Shown here one piece after another: positions 11,941 through 23,421 of a stretch of DNA of 64,000 nt (the first letter of the stretch is position 1; the number at the start of each line of letters is the position of its first letter). The stretch comes from Eledone cirrhosa (taxonomy: Eukaryota). Below the pieces are notes generated by a model that worked only from the letters and a program-made list of their open reading frames with translations, searched no databases and was not told the origin of the DNA. The stretch is from NCBI GenBank assembly GCA_964016885.1, contig OZ024748.1:54746001-54810000 (forward strand). The letters run 5' to 3'. A program made the translations under genes and the position numbers.

Positions 11941-12602
11941 TATATCAAAGATATATATTGAGTTAGGAACTCAAAATAGTCTCTTACAACAAAATTTGAA
12001 CACATATATGTAGATATCTGTGCAAAATTTGAACACATATGTATATATATCTATGTTCGTTTTTCTTTTATATTCTATTGTAATATACGGCTCGGAAATA
12101 TCTCTTTCTTAGAGCTATTTTGTTGTAAGAGACTATTTTGAGTTCCTAACTCAATATATACCTTTGATATATTCGGCTCCGTTAATTTGTTGAGCTATTT
12201 TAAATGTCAAATAAACCTGGCTGCGATTTTTAGTGGTGTAAGTTTGTGAGACACGCTAAGATACCATGTGCGCTATATTATATATAGCACACTATTCAGT
12301 TTCTTTATATACTTAGAAGTGTCTAGGATACTAATTCATCATTCACTGATGAGCTTGAATTGGTAATTCTATTCATAATTAACATTGCGAAACAACACCA
12401 AGTTGTCTGGGTGATTAGTAGTTACCACAATTGCGGTTTGTATTTATTTTCTTTATTTTCTTAAATTGTGACAAGCAAACCTAATTGTCTATAGTTAGTA
12501 TTCTTTCCACCTTAGCGAATCTGGTCCCTTACGATTTGGACACACATATGTATATATCTGTGTTCGTTTTTCTTTTTCTTTTTCTTTTATATTTTATTGT
12601 AG

Positions 12603-12604
<2 letters not shown>
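11941..12604 (+). mobile_element. Hammerhead-containing non-autonomous element (Penelope-like/retrozyme-like) between (TA)n tracts
   Basis: 55-bp inverted repeat (11941-11995 / 12117-12171); direct repeat of the 3' end (about 12027-12082 and 12533-12601); internal hammerhead; 3' fragment also at 17591-17640. Confidence 0.7.
12338..12415 (+). ncRNA. Type I hammerhead ribozyme motif (GUC)
   Basis: Stem I ATCATTCA/TGGGTGAT; CTGATGA 12346-12352; stem II closed by GC/GC with a long loop; GAAA 12389-12392; stem III ACAAC-accaa-GTTGT; predicted cleavage after C12407. Confidence 0.85.
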
Positions 12605-12683
<79 letters not shown>

Positions 12684-12691
<8 letters not shown>

Positions 12692-12909
12692 TAGCAGATT
12701 AAAGTTTAAGCAAAGAATCGCTGCTTTCACCCTCAACGGGATCTTCTGAACAGTTTCAGAAGATCCCGTTAAGGGTGAAAGCAGCGATTCTTTACTTAAA
12801 CTTTAATCTGTTATTTTAATAAATATTTGCTCTACGGTTCTTATATATTTGATATATATTTATCCTTATCGAGCCCTCTTTGGATTTTAGTGTTCAAATT
12901 TATTATTAT

Positions 12910-12912
<3 letters not shown>
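12684..12912 (+). mobile_element. Fold-back cassette with variant hammerhead (CAGAAGA core); further copies at 17366-17545 and 30406-30556
   Basis: 67-bp arms (12684-12750 / 12755-12821, 3 mismatches, 4-nt loop) plus a 90-bp tail, flanked by (TA)n. Confidence 0.75.
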
Positions 12913-12961
<49 letters not shown>

Positions 12962-13060
12962 CAGGGTGTGCCCCTAATAAATATTGCCTGTACATGTAAT
13001 CAAAGTGTGTATACATTTGGGGGGGGGGGACAACCTCTCTCTCTCTCTATATATATATAT

Positions 13061-13530
13061 ATATTAGATAATGATTTAAGAATGAAAACAATAACAAAGT
13101 CAAGTTATTTTACCTATTCATATAATTGTTTTACGATCGTTTCGGAGGGTTGATCATATTGACATATTCACTGATCTATAGCAGTTATATAACTGTATAC
13201 TATCAGACATCATATATAGGTTCGATGAAACCGTGTTCTTTCCTATATATGATGTCTGATAGTATACAGTTATATAACTGCTATAGATCAGTCAATATGT
13301 CAATATGATCAACCCTCTGAAACGATCGTAAAACAATGATATGAATAGGTAAAATAACTTTGTTATTGTTTTCATTGTTAAATTAATATCTAATATCAGA
13401 CACTGTATCTAAGGGATTAACTCGGCGAAACACGGAACCGTTCTATGGATTTCACTGGATTACTCGCTATCGGATTATATTGAGTTCTATCTACGGTACG
13501 GACCCTATCACGAAGGGTAGACAACATTGA
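13061..13530 (+). mobile_element. Long fold-back cassette (arms about 160 bp) with unique tail ending in poly(A)/(TA)n
   Basis: Arms 13061-13220 and 13242-13396, 21-nt loop; each arm carries GAAACGATCGTA, a hammerhead 3' half with palindromic stem III. Confidence 0.7.
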
Positions 13531-13686
13531 AAAAAAAAATTATATATATATATATGAATGTATGTATAGTCTATTTGGCAATATACCGTATGTTTAATTA
13601 AAAACATTTTGAAGACCTTGCGCTATCATTTTTAAAGTAGTGACAATGTCACTTACTTCTTTTTTTTCGGCAAAAGAAGGGAGAGA

Positions 13687-13732
13687 AGTTAACAGAGTCT
13701 GTTTCACAGTGTTGGTGATCATCAGAGCAACC
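13687..13732 (-). ncRNA. Degenerate type I hammerhead motif (GUU)
   Basis: Reverse complement ggttgct-CTGATGA-tcaccaacactgt-GAAACAG-act-CTGTT-aact; core and stem III intact, stems I and II weak. Confidence 0.5.
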
Positions 13733-13835
13733 GAAAATCATAGAAGCTGGATTCTTATAGAATTACAGTAATAATCAGGAGCTTATTATACAGAGCGATT
13801 GCCGGTCCAGCAAAAATTAGATATGCATATATATG

Positions 13836-13869
<34 letters not shown>

Positions 13870-13870
13870 A

Positions 13871-14268
13871 AAAAATAAAATAAATAAGTCAAATGTTTAA
13901 AATTTGACTTCGTTTATTACTGCTATATATATTTCGGTGACAGTCATCCTTGGCTGTGACCTCTTCAGGCAGTCCGAGTTAGTGTGGTAGAGACGAGTAC
14001 ACATGTTGTTGAGGTGTTTAACTTTGTCAATACTCTGATATGCCCAGTTCCTGGTTGGGTTGTTGTTTCACTGAGGAACTGGAATCATATGACTCCAGTT
14101 CCTGACTGTCACCGAAATATATATAGCAGTAATAAACGAAGCCAAATTTTAAACATTTGATTTATTTATTTTATTTTACATTACTCCGGATAACCAAACC
14201 AACCTGCGCACTTCGTCGAGCGCCCCAATCTGCATACTAAGGTGTTGGTATACAACCAACATATACTC

Positions 14269-14272
<4 letters not shown>
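13871..14272. mobile_element. Inverted-repeat cassette carrying a hammerhead, between (TA)n tracts
   Basis: Arms of about 75 bp (13871-13946 / 14102-14177) around a 155-bp spacer, then a unique tail of about 95 bp. Confidence 0.7.
13919..13973 (-). ncRNA. Type I hammerhead ribozyme motif (AUA), palindromic stem III
   Basis: Reverse complement ACTGC-CTGAAGA-GGTCACAGCCaaggatGACTGTCACC-GAA-ATATATAT-A-GCAGT: perfect 5-bp stem I, 8/10-bp stem II. Confidence 0.85.
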
Positions 14273-14308
<36 letters not shown>

Positions 14309-14439
14309 GATAAATCTACCAAGAGTTTACGGTAGTGTCCAATCCGTATGAAGAACTCAATGTAATCTGGATATCATGGAAAGAAGAGATGCATTCAAAA
14401 ATCACTTTCGGTGAAAGATAAACGGAATACAGAGTCAAG

Positions 14440-14570
14440 ATAAAATATTAAAAAAATAATGAATAAAACAATGAAAAAGTTCCTTATATTAAACAAAAAA
14501 AGTTGAACTTTTTTTGTTTAATATAAGGAACTGTTTCATTGTTTTATTCATTATTTTTTTAATATTTTAT
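14440..14570. repeat. AT-rich palindrome, 65-bp arms
   Basis: Centre aagtt-g-aactt at 14505; 1 mismatch. Confidence 0.9.
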
Positions 14571-14789
14571 ACATATATATATATATATATATATAACAAA
14601 GTAAATTTCATCAGATATTTTCATCCATCACTATTCCATCCCTATTTACATATGAAAGCATGTATCCAGGGAATTAACTCCGTATACACCATGGACATTT
14701 ACACGAATATTCGCACGAAAACATAGGCTCATATATACAAACATGCCCCTCAAGGCCCAATACATTTACCTCTCCTTCCCTCTTTCTCT

Positions 14790-14826
<37 letters not shown>

Positions 14827-14911
14827 GTGTGCATATATATAGATGTGTGCATATATATATATATGTGTGCATATATATATATATGTGTGTGTGCATATAT
14901 ATACATATGTG

Positions 14912-14975
<64 letters not shown>

Positions 14976-14991
14976 CACGAGTGTGTGTGCG

Positions 14992-15029
<38 letters not shown>

Positions 15030-15044
15030 CACGAGTGTGTGTGC

Positions 15045-15093
<49 letters not shown>

Positions 15094-15571
15094 TGTGTGT
15101 GTGTGTATATGTGTATTCGTGAGATTTGTGAATAGAATCGTATGTTTGTCTTCTTTGTTTATGCGAATTTAGATATAGCTTTACGTATATGCATGTATAA
15201 GTTTATATACGTTTATACAAGATGTGTGCCTGTCTGTGTGTGTAAGTCTTTGCGTACTCGTGTATACACACATGTAATGTTGTTATTTAAATTATATACA
15301 ACATCAATGATGTTCTAAAGGATTTAGTTATTACAATTTGCCAGCAAGACGAAAATTAAATGGCCGAACAGTAAAAAGAGTAAATAAAGAACAGCACAAA
15401 GCCTCATTCACAGCCGTCTAATGTAGTTTCACAGCAGGAAGAGGATAACAGTGATCTGACGATAATTAGTCTATTTAAATAGACTGTTTATACACATATA
15501 TATTGCTGTCCTTGTGCCCAAAGCAGAAAAAAAGATTATTATTAACATTATATATATATATAATAATGTTA

Positions 15572-15700
15572 ATAATAATATGTTTTTCTGCTTTGGGCAC
15601 AAGGACAGAAATTTGAATGGAAGTGGGTGTCGTTTAAATCGACCTAAGTGCATTACTGGTACTTTATTTTATCGACCCCGTAAGGATGAAAGGCAAAGCT
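15572..15700 (-). mobile_element. SINE family A, long variant, 5'-truncated
   Basis: gcacaaggacagaaattt..gtcgtttaaatcgac..ctggtactttattttatcgaccccgtaaggatgaaaggcaaag. Confidence 0.8.
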
Positions 15701-15883
15701 AAATGATTTCATTTATTGGCCACAAGTGTTGATATATAGGAGACAATACAAAGATAGGGACAGTGGGCGGGGGTTATAATAAAATTGAGTAGAAATACAC
15801 AATAAGAAAAACAACCAACAATGAAAAAAATCTATATATAAAATAAATTCCCCAATATTAATAATAATAATAATAATAGTAAT

Positions 15884-16058
15884 AATAATTGTCTCTACTT
15901 TTGGCACAAGGCCAGCAATTACCCAGTGCATTACTGGTACTTTATTTTATCCACCCCGTAAGGATGAAAGGCAAAGTGAACCTCGGCCGGATTTGAACTC
16001 GTAACTCTATGCGGCAAAGCATGGTGTCCGACCCTCTACCGGTGCTGCCAATCCACCT
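15884..16058 (-). mobile_element. SINE family A
   Basis: Near-full consensus with a short internal deletion; sits in an (AAT)n tract. Confidence 0.9.
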
Positions 16059-16814
16059 TAATAATAAGGACGCCGCAAAGGCCCAACTGATCATCAAAGC
16101 TGTAACTGAATACATTACAAGGAACATTAGAGATTAGCAAGGATTAGCTAACCAATTTAATTTTTAAAATACTTGACTTAATCAATTTCAAAATTAGAAA
16201 CATCAAAAGATTAACTGAACGAAACTGCAGAAGAACATGGCTACCGTTATTAGATAAGCATTTTACAGTTACACATATTTTACATCCGAAAGAATATGAA
16301 AACCAATTATTGCTAGTAGGAAAATAACACCTCACAATACTTGCAACAAAACCAGAAACAAATTAGTAACCAATTTTATTCTGTCAGTCGACATACAATT
16401 ACAGAGTGGTTCCAAACAGCCCGATAAATGTTTCGTTGATAAACAGAGTGAATAAACACCAAAGAAAGTTATTCAGAGAAATTACACATGACTCGCAGAG
16501 TATACCTAAACTACATTTAACTTACAGAGGATACCTGTAGATTCAAACAGCACACATTCTCATTCAAATTCAGATACAGATTCATCATCAACTCTCTAGT
16601 ACAGAGTGACTAGAGATTATAGGACAGGGATTTAAAATCATCCCCATAGCCTGGAGCAGATTAGATTCTGTGGCCCCCTTTATAAAAGTTGTGTGTTGTG
16701 TTTATTGAACACATTTTTCATAAGGAACAATCACTAAATAGAAGAGAAGAAATCTTGAGACATTGCAAACACGGGGCAATTTTTGCTAATAAATTTTTAA
16801 TAGATTTGCTAATT

Positions 16815-17195
16815 AATAATTGTTTCTACTTTTGGCACAAGGCCAGCAATTATCCCAGTGTATTACTGGTGTTTGATTTTATCGATCCCGTAAGGATGAA
16901 AGGCAAAGTTAACCTCGGCGGGATTTGAACTCAGATCATAAAGGGCCGTAACTCTATGCTGCAAAGTATGGCGTCCGACTCTCTACCGATACTGCCAATC
17001 TGGTTCTTATTTAGGCACAAGGCCAAACATTTGGGGTGATGGGAAAGTCGATTAAATCGACTCCAGTGCGTTACTGGTACTTTATTTTATTGACCCTGTT
17101 GGGATGAAAGGCAAATCTAATCTCGGCGGGATTTGAACTCAGAACGTAAATGGACGTAACTCTATGCTGCAAAGCCTGTTGTCCGATAGTCTACA
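16815..17195 (-). mobile_element. Tandem dimer of SINE family A (short plus long variant) inside one TSD
   Basis: Copies at about 16815-17000 and 17003-17195; gctaattaataa at 16808-16819 and 17201-17212. Confidence 0.85.
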
Positions 17196-17383
17196 CCCTG
17201 GCTAATTAATAACAACTTACAAATAAGGTTACAACGAGAAGAATCTCCCAATGACCATTTGAAAATAAAACAACCTAGAAATATTAAACAATTCCACGTG
17301 ATATCCACTAAAGCCAAAACAGACGGTAATGAAGTTAACTAGTTTTGAAATATTTACTTCTGCGTTAACAGATTGACTTTTTT

Positions 17384-17434
17384 AGTTTCAGAAGATCCCG
17401 TTAAGGGTGAAAGCAGCGATTCTTTGCTTAAACT
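17384..17434 (+). ncRNA. Variant type I hammerhead motif (CAGAAGA core, CUU site)
   Basis: AGTTT-CAGAAGA-tCCCgttaaGGGt-GAA-AGCA-gcgattctt-TGCT-T-AAACT; stem I extends past an internal loop via taacagatt/aatctgtta. Confidence 0.55.
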
Positions 17435-17541
17435 TTAATCTGTTATTTTAATAAATATGTGCTCTACGGTTCTTATATATTTGATATATATTTATCCTTA
17501 TCGAGCCCTCTTTGGATTTTAGTCTTCAAATGTATTATTAT

Positions 17542-17593
<52 letters not shown>

Positions 17594-17647
17594 TCCCTTA
17601 CGAATTGAACACATATATGTCTGTGTTCGTTTTTCTTTTTTGTTCAG

Positions 17648-17681
<34 letters not shown>

Positions 17682-17741
17682 CATCATGGTGTAATAAATA
17701 TCTCTCTCACTCTCTCTCTCGATTATATATATATATAGATA

Positions 17742-17929
17742 TGTGTATCCCGGGTTCAATCGGGAGTAACTACAGTAAGGTACTCAATACATAGCAGAGT
17801 ATAACATTTTAATATAGAAATGGCTTCTACAGGACTAAAAGCGTTTCACTCGAAGGAAATCATCAGGAAAGCCCTGATCATTTCCTTCGAATGAAACAGT
17901 TATAGTCGTGTAGAAGCCATTTCTATATT
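17742..17929 (-). mobile_element. Fold-back hammerhead cassette; related copies at about 34558-34730 (+) and 46755-46885 (+)
   Basis: Arms of about 57 bp (17811-17867 / 17873-17929) plus tail cccgggttcaatcgg, whose complement ends the 34.7-kb copy. Confidence 0.75.
17822..17873 (-). ncRNA. Type I hammerhead motif (GUA)
   Basis: Reverse complement GGCTT(T)C-CTGATGA-tttccttcgagt-GAAACG-cttttagtcc-TGTA-GAAGCC; the 34.6-kb and 46.8-kb copies have stem III ACAG/CTGT. Confidence 0.65.
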
Positions 17930-18004
<75 letters not shown>

Positions 18005-18481
18005 TACATTTATATATATATATTGTTTTTTACTAGTAAGACCATTATTCAGCAGAGTACTCGATATATCAGACAAGTATATAAGTGTTATATTGATTTT
18101 ATTTTTGATATAGTCGACATAGAATGGAACTAGATACTGGCTGTCCGGCTCGCTTGTAGAAGAGAGACGGTATTACGTACATATCTTTACTGTATTACAT
18201 CATCGGAGATGGTTCACAGCAACAATAACATTGAATTTCGAAGGCTATCTCCCAGTCAAATATATTTTCTGTTTTGTTTGCCGCAATTCATTTTATTGAT
18301 TACTTTAAAACTTTAAAGGGATATTTCCAGCACGACCTTGTGTTGTTTTAAATATATACTTAAATCCGTCCCTGCACCAGCTACGGTATTCCACATCTAC
18401 AATGGGTGCTTTTTTTACAATCAAATCATGATTTACTAACCGGAAAGACCACACATAAATTAAGCATATATATATATATAG

Positions 18482-18513
<32 letters not shown>

Positions 18514-18589
18514 GAGAGAGAGCGAGAGAGATTCATACAACGCATTTATATGTATTGTGTGTGTGTATATATATATACACACAATACAC

Positions 18590-18666
<77 letters not shown>

Positions 18667-18717
18667 TCTCTCTTGCTATATATATATATATATATATAAT
18701 ATATATGCACACACACA

Positions 18718-18792
<75 letters not shown>

Positions 18793-19365
18793 AGGTGTAG
18801 TGTAAGGTCGTATCTGTGGAAGAGTGTTGTGTCCGTATAAATCAAAATGTATTTTCCACTTTATTCAAACGTCTTGTTAAAGAATCTCGGACAGAAATAT
18901 TCACGCCTAAGATGGCTGACATTGAACATTTGTTAGTCAGCTACGTTGACGGCCATCATCAAGGAGATCAGCTAGGAAGCAAGCTGACGGTCATTTGACC
19001 TGCAGACAATAGGGTGCTGGGTAAAGGAGAGAAAAGGGGAGGTAAGTGATGGAAGAGAGGGTCTAAATGAGAAAAAAGAACGCGGAGAAGGGTACCGGTA
19101 ATACTAGAGAAATGCCTGTATGCATGTCTGTGTGTGTGTGTGTGAGTCTATGTGTGTCATCATGTGTGTGTGTGAGTCAGTGTGTGTGCGTCAGTGTGTG
19201 TGTGTCTGAGTAAGTGTGTGTGTGTGTCTGTGTATGTGTGTGTCTGAGTAAGTGTGTGTGCGTCAATGTGTGTGTCAGTGTGTGTGCGTCAGTGTGTGTT
19301 TGTCTGTGTCTGTGTGCATCTGTGTGTGCGTGTCTGTGAGTGTCTGTGAGCATCTGTGTGTGTGT

Positions 19366-19400
<35 letters not shown>

Positions 19401-19773
19401 GGGGGGTGGGGTGATAATAGAAATGAGCGCACGACGGAGATATATAATACGTATGTACATCCGCAGAAATCTCACTCTCACACTCTCATACACACACATA
19501 TATACATACACATATATACATACATACATATACATGCATACATACATACACACACACACACATATACATACACACCGACATGTATATACATACACACACA
19601 CATATATATATACATACATACATACACCACACACACATATATACATACATACATACACAAGTATATATGGATACACACACACACATATATATATATATAT
19701 ACACATACAGATATATATATAGATATATATATATATATATATATATACGTATATATATACACACATATATAGA

Positions 19774-19827
19774 TATTCTGAGGATTGAAAGCAAAACCTT
19801 TTGCTTTTAAGAAACCACTGGTAAATG
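19774..19827 (+). ncRNA. Type I hammerhead ribozyme motif (GUA); stem I truncated by (TA)n
   Basis: TATT-CTGAGGA-TTGAAAGCAAA-acct-TTTGCTTTTAA-GAA-ACC-act-GGT-A-AATG: 11-bp stem II, 3-bp stem III, 4-bp stem I. Confidence 0.75.
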
Positions 19828-19955
19828 GAATAATTGCCTTATGTTGTTTACTACATAATAATATATATATATATATATGCATATGCACACACACATATAT
19901 ATATATATATATATAAATTGAAAATTAGAATTGGTGCTCTGAAATAGCGATATAC

Positions 19956-20142
19956 ATATGAATGTATATACAGTGTATTTTGCATTACACTGTATGCTCA
20001 ATTAAAAGCATTTTGAAGACCTTACGTTATTGTTTTAAAATAGTGACAATGTTGCTTACTTAAATGTGCAGCAAACAGGGGAGATAATGCTTTTAATTAA
20101 GCATACAGTGTATTGCAAAATACACTATATATACATTCATAT
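19956..20142. repeat. 57-bp inverted repeat whose spacer is related to 13596-13660
   Basis: Arms 19956-20012 / 20086-20142; cattttgaagacctt.cg.tat..tttaaa.tagtgacaatgt..cttactt is shared with the cassette holding the 13.7-kb hammerhead. Confidence 0.8.
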
Positions 20143-20315
20143 ATATATATATATATATATATATGCATGTGTATACTCGTATATCAATATACACACATAT
20201 ATATATATATATATGCATATGTATATATACATATATATATATGCATATATATATATATATGCATATATATATATATATATATGCATATATTTATATATAC
20301 ATATATATATGCATA

Positions 20316-20346
<31 letters not shown>

Positions 20347-20414
20347 GTATATATAATATAACTTAGAGTTTACACTCAATGGGGTCATTTACAATTATTT
20401 CAGCTCTAAGATAA

Positions 20415-20528
20415 ATTAATATATGATAAACATTTACATGTTTTAGTTGCAATTGACTAATAAAATAGTTCTAACTATTTTATTAGTCAATTGCAACTAA
20501 AACATGTAAATGTTTATCATATATTAAT
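20415..20528. repeat. Perfect palindrome, 56-bp arms, 2-nt loop
   Basis: 20415-20470 is the exact reverse complement of 20473-20528. Confidence 0.95.
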
Positions 20529-20911
20529 ATATATGTATATATATATATTTGCATATGTACATATATATATATATTTGCATATGTATATATATATATACAT
20601 ATATATATACATATATATACATATATATATATACATATATATATATACATATATACATATATACATATATACATATATACATATACATATATATATAGAT
20701 ATATACATATATATATATATGCATATATATATATAATATAGATATATACATATATATATATGCATATATATATACATATATACATATATATATACATATA
20801 TATATACATATATATATACATATATACATATATATATACACACATATATATATATACATATACATACATACATATATATATATATATACATATATATATA
20901 CACACACATAT

Positions 20912-20942
<31 letters not shown>

Positions 20943-21009
20943 CATATACATACATACATATATATATATATATACATATATATACACACTCAGGTATATA
21001 TATACATAT

Positions 21010-21087
<78 letters not shown>

Positions 21088-21197
21088 GTATATATATATA
21101 TATATATGTATATATATGTATACATATACATATATACATATATATATATGCATATGTTTTTGTATGGGCGAGTGATGGTAGAAAAGACAAAGAAGAG

Positions 21198-21268
<71 letters not shown>

Positions 21269-21377
21269 CTCCCCTCTCTCACTTTCTCTCTCTCTACACC
21301 CACATATATATATATATAAACATATATATATATATATATATGTATATATGTAAGTATATATATATATATGTATATAT

Positions 21378-21452
21378 ATAATTGTTCCTACTTTAGGCAC
21401 AAGGCCAGCAATCTCAGTACATTACTGGTACTTAATTTTATCGACCACGTAA
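21378..21452 (-). mobile_element. SINE family A 3' fragment
   Basis: attgttcctactttaggcacaaggccagcaat..ctggtact..atcgacc. Confidence 0.8.
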
Positions 21453-21484
21453 TGGTAGTTAGATAGTCAGAGATTGATGAATAC

Positions 21485-21518
<34 letters not shown>

Positions 21519-22219
21519 ATATCTCTGTGTGAGAGTGTGTGTGTGTATGTACGTGTGTGTGTAAGTGTGTGTATTTGTATATATGTGTGAGTGTGAGTGC
21601 GTGTGTGCGAGTGTGAGTGTGTGTATGTGTGTGTGTATGTTGTGTGTGTGTGTGTGTCTGTGTGTGTGTCTATGTGTGTATGAACGTGTGTGTGCGTATA
21701 TAGATAGATAAATAAATAGATAGAGCGAGCCAGAAGCGAGGTTGTATGTTGGAAAATCACTGTATAAACAATATCGAAGGGAAATGAGGGAAATACAAGG
21801 TATTTGAAAAATGCTTTTGTGCCGAAACGAAGCTTTTATCGGAGTTAGCCCCACAACCTTCTCTACACCTTACTATATTTCTTTGTCGTTCTCGTCTTCT
21901 ACTCTCTCTCTCTCTCTCTCTCTATCTATCCATCTATCTACCTACTTCTTCCATTCTTTCCTTCTCTATTGGCCTTCCCGTGTCCTTCTCATCTTCTCTT
22001 CATTTGAGGACATTTTTTTTTTCATGTTTATTACTTGCTCAGTTGTTGTTATAGTTGTTATTGTTGCTGCAGTTGTTGTTGTTGTTGCTAAGGTTATGAA
22101 GGGATCAAAAAGATTATGACCTCATGTATAGACTTGTGTATATAATGTATATAATATTGCATGAGTGCGTGTACGCATATGTTAATGTGTGAGTGCGTTG
22201 GCTACTGTATAATTACGTG

Positions 22220-22266
<47 letters not shown>

Positions 22267-22370
22267 AGTATGTATGTATGTATGTATGTATGTATGTATG
22301 TATGTATGTATGTATGTATGTATGTATGTATATGTGAGAGCGTATCTAATGCATTTATCAGAGACACCCT

Positions 22371-22522
<152 letters not shown>

Positions 22523-22811
22523 AATATATATATATGTAAGGGTGTCTGATGAATGTATATATATACATATATATATATGATGACAGAAAACGAAAAACAA
22601 ATATATGGGAACAAATAATGAAACATTACACACATACACACGTGTGTATACTTACACACACATCTGTGTGTAAGTACACACACTAACATTGCAATCGCGT
22701 ATACAGAGAAAAGCAACATTCATTATATACATACATATATATATACATATATACATACATACATATATGCATACATACACGTATATATATACATACATAC
22801 ATGTATATATA

Positions 22812-22847
<36 letters not shown>

Positions 22848-22949
22848 CATACATACATACATATATATACATACATATATACATACATACATATATATAT
22901 ATACATACATACATACATATATACATACATATATATATATATACATATA

Positions 22950-22987
<38 letters not shown>

Positions 22988-23072
22988 CATACATATATAT
23001 ATATACATACATATATATATATACATACATATATATATACATACATATATATATATATACATACATATATAT

Positions 23073-23111
<39 letters not shown>

Positions 23112-23348
23112 CATATACATATATATATATACACATACATACATATACATATATATATACACACATACATACATATACATATATATATACACACATACAT
23201 ATATATATATATATATACCCACATACATACATATATATATACATACATATATATATACACACATACATACATATATATATATATATATACAGACATACAT
23301 ATATACATATACATACATATATATATATACATATATACATACATTCAT

Positions 23349-23421
<73 letters not shown>

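Noticed and set aside
14071-14130. Plus-strand hammerhead starting at CTGAGGA 14071
   Set aside because: The core is buried in a separate hairpin (aggaactgga/tccagttcct), and stems I and II do not close correctly
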